Shown: positions 35,769 through 42,214 of the stretch, piece by piece
Numbering within the stretch: position 1 is the stretch's first letter
Layout of the letters: each line of letters opens with the position of its first letter
Assembly: GCF_001194135.2 (NCBI RefSeq)
Contig: NC_068998.1
Span: 36,224,430-36,266,643, forward strand
From: Octopus bimaculoides
Taxonomy: Eukaryota
Length of the DNA: 42,214 nt
Direction of reading: 5' to 3'
Made by a program: the position numbers and the translations under genes
Notes under the pieces: generated by a model
What the model was told of the DNA's origin: nothing
What the model saw: only the letters and a program-made list of their open reading frames with translations
Database searches by the model: none

Positions 35769-35805
35769 TCTTTCTGTTGAAGAGCGTAGCTCGAAACGTC
35801 AAAGA
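35769..35805 (+). ncRNA. Minimal hammerhead-like motif (core CUGUUGA, one substitution)
   Basis: UCUUU-CUGUUGA-A-GAGC(GUA)GCUC-GAAA-CG-UC/AAAGA; stems I and II pair perfectly; GUC cleavage triplet. Confidence 0.6.
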
Positions 35806-35907
35806 CTTTCCGTATTCCCGAGCGTCATACTAATACATCCTTTTGTTATTTACACCACCTGTCCTCGTCTGTTGTTGTTTTTTCGTATATTCTCCCAAAT
35901 ATATATA

Positions 35908-35984
35908 NNNNNNNNNNNNNNNNNNNNNNNNNNNNNNNNNNNNNNNNNNNNNNNNNNNNNNNNNNNNNNNNNNNNNNNNNNNNN
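35908..35984. other. Assembly gap
   Basis: Run of N. Confidence 1.
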
Positions 35985-37012
35985 ATATATATATATATAT
36001 ATATACCACTTCAACTGCAAAAATATCACCCAACTATCCCTCATATCACACTACACACACACGCGAGCAAAGCATAAAGTCAGGATGGGTGAGAGGTAGA
36101 GGTGAAAATAGATTTATTTTGCCATATGATTTCCATACGATTACAGCCGTTTCATAGTATTCTTCATATAGTATTATTAATTTCAATATGCAAAATTATA
36201 TGTACGTATGTCTGCATGCATGTATGTATGAGTGTATGCATGCATGTATGTATGTATGTATGTATGTGTGAGTGTCTGCCTGTCTGAATGTATGCATGTA
36301 TGTATGGATGGATGGATCGATTAATGGATGTATAAAGATAAATCGGCATGTATGGGCGAGTGTGTGTGTGTGTGTAAGTGTGTATGCGCGTGCACGTGTG
36401 TGTGTGTGTGAAACACTGATTAGCGTATCATCCTGTTCTTATGCAAGATAGCAGTGTGAATTTGAAAGCGATTTGGCTAGTATTTGTAACAGCACGAGCG
36501 ACCACGTAAAAATTACCGCTTTGGCTCGAATAAATATAATTGTAATACACTTGGGTCACTTTACCTGACTATTCCACTCCCTGTCAGCAGAATAGTCTTA
36601 TACTGAAACGATGACAGAAAAAAGAAAATGGAAAGACATTAATGGCTGGAAACGTAAATTGTTCATTAACCACACTAAGTCAAATGTGAGTAAAATGCTC
36701 AGTGAAGCGACAATATATGTGAACTAAACAGGCTTATTAGTAGCATTCGCTTGAAATATTATCGGAATTAAGCTTGAATTAACAGCAGAAATATGGGATT
36801 GTTCCACTGAAGTTATGGTTATCAGCTGATTGTTGTAGAATTGATCGCAGTCGAACGGTTAATGTGAAGGTTGGGTCGGTTGCGTTCAGATACTGACTTG
36901 GTCTTATCTTTAGTTATCTTAACGATTCATCAATTGCATGTAAGAGTACGCGCGCGCGCGTGTGTAGTATGTGCGTTTGAATTTGTGTGAATATTATATA
37001 GCCGCTGGCAAC

Positions 37013-37200
37013 AAGGCGGCGAGAGCTGGGCAGAATCATTATGATGCCAGACATATTGCTTAGCGGCTTTTCTTCCGGCTCTTTATGTTTTGAGTTTATA
37101 TTCCACAGAGGTCGACTTTATCTTTTATCCTTTCGTGGTCAAGAAGGATAGACATTGAGGTCGATGTAATCGACTAACCTCTTCCCCACAAAAAAGAGTA
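37013..37200 (+). mobile_element. SINE family B copy
   Basis: aaggcggcgagagctgggcagaatc..gaggtcgacttta. Confidence 0.7.
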
Positions 37201-37419
37201 ATAGATTATTAAAAAACAAAATGCTGCTGGGAACAAGGACCGCCGAATAGTTGACAAGTTTGGTTTGCAACCCCGAAGTCGCAAGTGTCGAGTCCACTGC
37301 GTGGTACCTTCAGCAAGTGTCTTTCACCATAACTTCGGTTCGATCCAAGCCTTGTGCTTGAAATTAGGATGATGGAAGCTCCTTGGAGAAAGGGAAAGTT
37401 AAACGGATTATCCCGTTAA

Positions 37420-37586
37420 TTTAAATGTACAGTTTTCCCACCCACTGTATCACCGATTCTGACTGACAATTATATTAAAAAAATACGCGAATACTCAACT
37501 GTAATTCTTTGTGTGGACTGTCCAGTTGATCGAGCAGGGGAAATTCTCATAATCGAAGTCGACAAAAGTCGATTTATGGAAAGTCG
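37420..37586 (+). mobile_element. Merlin/IS1595-like transposase fragment
   Basis: IREYSTVILCVDCPVDRAGEILIIEVDKSRF resembles the Merlin motif G..VEIDESKF; cut by the adjacent SINE. Confidence 0.45.
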
Positions 37587-37595
37587 TTTTTTTTT

Positions 37596-37974
37596 GTACT
37601 TGTTTCAGTCATTAGGCTGCGGCCATGCTGGGGCACCGCCTTTCAGAATTTTTAGTCGAACGAATCGACCCCAATACTAATTTTTTTAAAGCCTAGTACT
37701 TGTTCAGTCAGTCTCTTGTGCCGAACCGCTATGTTATGGGGCATAAACAAACCGACACCGGTTGTCAAGTGGTGGTGGTGGGGGGGACAGACATACATAC
37801 ACACGCATATACGACAGGCTTCTTTCAGTTAGCCTCTACCAAATCCACTCACCAGGATTTGGTCGGCCCGAGGTTATAATAGAAGATACTTGTCCCAAGG
37901 TGATACGCAGTGGGACTGAACCCGGAACCATGTGGTTGGGAAGCAAACCTCTCACCACACCGCCACGCCTGCGC
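37596..37974 (-). mobile_element. SINE family A, full-length copy with CpGs retained
   Basis: Reverse complement gcgcaggcgtggcggtgtggtgagagg...gactgaaacaagtac. Confidence 0.85.
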
Positions 37975-38019
37975 TGTTGCGTAGTAAAAAAATATCAATA
38001 TATATATATGAACATGAAC

Positions 38020-39330
38020 TAAAGGGTACATTGCATGAAAAAAGAATTCGTAATAGAAGGGCTAAAATTCATCTTGGACAATAACTACTTTGTCTTCAAA
38101 GACAACTTGTACAGACAAAAAATCGGGGACTGCTATGGGTACGAGAATGGCCCCTCCTTTGCTAACCTAGTCATAGGATATCTAGAAATCAGTCTTTATC
38201 GTAAGGTACTAGAAAAATACGGTAACCCATTCTCCTCTACATAGAAAACAACTGGAAGAGGTATCTGGATGACTATTTCATTCTTTGGCATGAGAGTATA
38301 GAGAGACTTAAAGAATTTCAAGCACTTATAAATGGACTTGACATAAACATTCAATTTACGATGGAATAGAGCCATCAACAACTTCCATTCCTCGACATCC
38401 TCGTTAAGAAACCCAAGAACAAAATAGAAACAGATATATACTATAAGCCCACGGATTCCAAGCAATATCTACCGTTCAACTCATGCCACCCCAGACTAGA
38501 ATGAATATTCCCTTCAGCCTAGCAAAAAGGATTTGTACTATAGTTTCTAATACAAGCACCAAGGACACACGACTACATGAAATAAAGGATACACTCATTA
38601 ACCCACCATCACTAATTGATATAGGATTTCAACGTACCCTACAACTCAACATCCACGAACTCAGATATCCCAAACTAAAGAAGGATTTACAACCAAAAGC
38701 CCTACCATACATCTCCACACACAACCCTCTTAACAATGAAGCCTTCGACACCATCCTCCAGAACATTCGCCTACTAAAAAGGGACCACAGAAAGAATCTA
38801 ATCCTCCAAACGCACACCGTCATAAAGAGCAAAAGACAACCCAAATCTATGAAAAGTCTCTTAACACAAGTCCAAGTACACTCGACAACAACACTGAAGC
38901 CGTCAGTAAAAAAATGCGCAAGACCTAACTGTGGTATATGCGTCAACCTAATTGAGGGATCGGAGTTCTCTTTCATACAGAGTTAACGCTTTACAGTGAA
39001 AAACAACTTCACATGTGTTTCGGAGAACCTGATATATGTACTAACTTCTGGGTGTCGAGAGCAATACATTGGTCAAACCAAAAACAGTCTACGTCAAAGG
39101 ATGACTCTACATAGATCCCAAATCAAAATTCGGGAATACAGAAAAATAGCATTCAGTGAACACATCGAAATTTGCGCCACTAACGAACAACCCAGCTTCA
39201 GAATTTTTCCCCTCTATAAATTCATGGACGATGCAAATTGTAGTCAGCGCATTAGCAACCAGTCATAGTTTATCACAAAATATAAAGCCCTTTTGAATGC
39301 GTCCACCACAAATGACACTACTACAAGGGC
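38020..39330 (+). mobile_element. Penelope-like element (Neptune-type), 5'-truncated, frameshifted
   Basis: RT C-half (NNYFVFKDNLYRQKIG..PSFANLVIGYLE; WKRYLDDYFILW; ETDIYYKPTDSKQYLPFNSCHP), Cys linker CARPNCGIC, GIY-YIG (NLIYVLT..QYIGQTKNSLRQRMTLH). Confidence 0.9.
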
Positions 39331-39540
39331 CATAGAATAATGCCCACGCAAATATAAAAATATGATATATTCAGAACAGTCACTACCCATGGATTTATTC
39401 ATAACAATTCCAATCACTACTATTACAACCACAACAGGTCACTTTTAGGTCACTTGACCATTTAAGAAGATTCCACCAACATCCTATTACTGTCATAGAA
39501 CTCCTGTATTTTTATTATTCTTTCCCTTCTTTTCCTACTC

Positions 39541-39625
39541 CTTCTTCTTCTTCTTCTTCTTCTTCTTCTTCTTCTTCTTCTTCTTCTTCTTCTTCTTCTT
39601 CTTCTTCTTCTTCTTCTTCTTCTTC
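39541..39625. repeat. (CTT)n microsatellite
   Basis: Directly visible. Confidence 0.97.
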
Positions 39626-39668
39626 CTGGTGTTATATATACTACATATAATTTGTATGTATGTACATA

Positions 39669-40483
39669 CGAGGTGGTATCAAAAAGTTCCCGGACTAGTT
39701 ATATTTAATAAAATATAACTTATTTACCTAAGTTTTAAAATCATCTTCTTCGAAATAGTCACCTTGCGCAGCATTACATTGATCCCAGCATTCTTGACGC
39801 TTTTGGAATCCGGCCTGGAAGTCGTTTTCTGTAAGCGAGACGAGGACCTCCTACTATTCACGCTGGATTTCGACAACGGTATTAAACAGCTGCATTTTCA
39901 TCTTGGGAAAAAAGATGGAAGTCCGCAGGTACTAAATCCGGTAAATAGGGTGGGTACGGAAGCGGCACCATGTTGTTTTTGGCGAGAAACTCACAAGTGA
40001 GGAGAGCTCGGTGACAGAGTGCATTGTCCAATACTTTGCGCTCCACGGATCCGGTCGCTTTTACCGAATCTCCTCCCTCAAGAGCTTCAAAACGTTGCAG
40101 TAGAACTCTCGATTGATGGTCTGGCTCTGGGGGATGAATTCACATTTCCAGGGGTGATGATCGTGGCAGATCTTCCAGATCGCTCATCGTCATCCAGGGA
40201 CGTTTTTTCCGCTTTTGAAGCAACTGTGCCACTGGAAACATTGCGTACAACCCATTGCCTTGTCGCCGTCAGCTTGCCAAAGCATGCTCAATGTCTCTGT
40301 AGCAGATTTGCCAAGTTTAACACAAAATTTCACGCTGGTTCTTTGTTCCTGTTCATGACAAAATCGCAGACTACAGTATACATGTGGTCAAAAAAGACAA
40401 AAAATCATAACTTGCGAAGTAAAAACAGCAATGTCACTCGGCACCCTTTTCTACTCTAAGGTCAACGCTCGAAATTTTTTGAT
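39669..40483 (-). mobile_element. Internally deleted mariner/Tc1 element
   Basis: TA|CGAGGTGGTATCAAAAAGTTCCCGG TIR; minus-strand HTH EQRTSVKFCVKLGKSATETLSML..DDERSGR and C-terminus DFQAGFQKRQECWDQCNAAQGDYFEE; most of the DD34D domain is missing. Confidence 0.85.
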
Positions 40484-40489
40484 GGAGGG

Positions 40490-40645
40490 GGGCAGTCGAT
40501 TATATCGACGCCAGTACGCAACTGGTACTTGATTTATCGACCCCGAAAGTATGAAAGGCAAAGTCGATTTCGGCGAATTTGAACTCAGAATGACAAATAA
40601 AATACCACTAAGCATTTCGCCCGGCGTGCTAACAATTCTTCCAAC
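40490..40645 (-). mobile_element. SINE family B copy truncating the mariner end
   Basis: gtcgattatatcgac..gaaaggcaaagtcga..ctaagcatttcgcccggcgtgctaac. Confidence 0.8.
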
Positions 40646-40708
40646 TCACTGCTCGCTATCTTTGTATATGTGTATATATATATGTATATATATATATATA
40701 TATCTATG

Positions 40709-40742
<34 letters not shown>

Positions 40743-40760
40743 CATCTATCTATATATATA

Positions 40761-40958
40761 NNNNNNNNNNNNNNNNNNNNNNNNNNNNNNNNNNNNNNNN
40801 NNNNNNNNNNNNNNNNNNNNNNNNNNNNNNNNNNNNNNNNNNNNNNNNNNNNNNNNNNNNNNNNNNNNNNNNNNNNNNNNNNNNNNNNNNNNNNNNNNNN
40901 NNNNNNNNNNNNNNNNNNNNNNNNNNNNNNNNNNNNNNNNNNNNNNNNNNNNNNNNNN
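40761..40958. other. Assembly gap
   Basis: Run of N. Confidence 1.
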
Positions 40959-41005
40959 ATATATATACATATATATATGTTGAGAACGAAAGAGAGATAC
41001 ACACA

Positions 41006-41037
<32 letters not shown>

Positions 41038-41577
41038 CACACACACATATATATACACACATGTATAAATGTGTATGTGGGTGAGTGTGTGTATGTGTGA
41101 GTGTGTGTGTGCAAATGTGTGTAAGTGGATGCGTGCGACGGGGGTGGTGTAATCATTATGGCTTTTTCATTCATAGTCATGGAACAATGTGTCTCTTAAT
41201 ATGCTCCAATCATTAGAGGATAGTATACATATTATGTAACACACGCGCACACACTTTCACGGAAATATTATTTTAATGTCGGTTTTGTTCTTCGTCACGT
41301 ACGTTTAATAGCTTTGCATTTAATATAAACATTAAACTTGAATATCAGCATCAAAATATTAACTATAGAATTATACACATTGAATTATTCCATGCATTAA
41401 TTTAGCATGTTTATAATGAATTGCAAATCATTTACTTTTATATTTGATAATTAATATTTATCGTTTTAGTCTAGGATAGCACTGTCCACCTTACCTACGC
41501 ATACAGCACGTCCCTAATATCTGTCCATCTCTCTCTCTCTCTGTGTATGTACATACATACATACATATATATATATA

Positions 41578-41772
41578 TAATTTTATTCTATTGTTCTTTT
41601 ACTTGCTTTAGTCATTTAAACGCGGCCATGCTGGAGCACCGCCTCAAAGGGTTTCAGTCGAACAAATCAACCCCAGGGCTTACTTTTTTAAAGCCTAGTA
41701 CTTATTCTATCGGTCTCTTTTTGCTGAATTGTTAAGTTACGGGGACATAAACACCAACACTGGTTGTCAATA
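41578..41772 (-). mobile_element. SINE family A, 3' half
   Basis: tttacttgctttagtcatttaaacgcggccatgctggagcaccgcc. Confidence 0.75.
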
Positions 41773-41859
41773 GGTTATGTCAGGACGAACACCGAAACAA
41801 AGACACACACGCCTATATGTATATATACATACATACATATATGTGTATATACATACATA

Positions 41860-42060
41860 CATATATATGTATAGGTTAAAAAAAACAATAACAAAAAAAC
41901 AACAAAGTGAGGACGTGATACGGATAGTGTTATTGGACGCTCGGGAAAGGAAAGAGAGAGTCTATGACGTTTCGGGCGTAGCCCTTCGTCGGAAAGATGG
42001 AAAGTTCGGAGAATGGAAAAACGGAGAAAGAGGAAAATGGTACCGATGCCCACGAGGTTA
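41860..42060 (-). mobile_element. Second copy of the short hammerhead-bearing element
   Basis: Reverse complement shares the hammerhead motif, ttcccgagcgtc block and gtcctc..tgttgtttttt block with 35716-35907; abuts a TA/TATG microsatellite. Confidence 0.5.
41961..41997 (-). ncRNA. Minimal hammerhead-like motif (core CCGACGA)
   Basis: Minus strand UCUUU-CCGACGA-A-GGGC(UAC)GCCC-GAAA-CG-UC/AUAGA; stem II covaries with the 35769 copy. Confidence 0.55.
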
Positions 42061-42214
42061 CATTGTGAAAAGACCGGAAGAGGAGGTGGTGGGGGAAAAG
42101 TTCTTTCTAAGACAGGAGAGTAAAAAAGGGAGATGAATATCTGTGCGTGTGCGAGAGTCTGCGAGTGTGTGTGTGATAACAGAACGTGTGTGTGCGTATG
42201 TATGTGTGTGTGTG

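Larger units (their letters stand above)
35716..36006 (+). mobile_element. Short hammerhead-bearing PLE-derived element with (AT)n tail
   Basis: Hammerhead-like motif plus ttcccgagcgtc..taa and gtcctc..tgttgtt blocks shared with the 41860-42060 copy; flanked by the 12-bp direct repeat CACTTCAACTGC; contains an N gap. Confidence 0.55.

Noticed and set aside
40019-40459. 146-aa plus-strand ORF
   Set aside because: Antisense frame of the mariner remnant
41777-42136. 119-aa plus-strand ORF
   Set aside because: Runs through a microsatellite and the antisense strand of the hammerhead-bearing repeat

Overview
AT-rich, microsatellite- and SINE-dense animal genomic DNA. The repeat families and style point to an octopus or other coleoid cephalopod (inference). 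The only host gene I can support is SPC25 (NDC80 kinetochore complex) on the + strand: four coding exons at 7381-7593, 10707-10811, 25330-25428 and 27983-28104 join in frame into about 180 aa (coiled coil plus the RLGL...TNN..F...RKAF C-terminal domain). Its first exon(s) probably lie upstream of the window. The introns and downstream region contain decayed transposons: RTE LINE pieces, a gag-only Gypsy with two LTR copies, Penelope-like elements (PLEs), an R4/Dong-type RLE LINE, mariner, Merlin-like and hAT/piggyBac-like MITEs, at least three tRNA-derived SINE families, several fold-back elements and four assembly gaps. The most interesting observation is a set of minimal type-I hammerhead ribozyme-like motifs (CUGANGA-N-stem II-GAAA-CG-UH) with covarying stems. 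One has an intact catalytic core and sits directly downstream of a tRNA-type Pol III promoter (27540-27848, - strand). Also visible is a step in CpG content at about 30 kb that looks like a gene-body methylation footprint. All protein assignments come from remembered motifs; no database searches were run.
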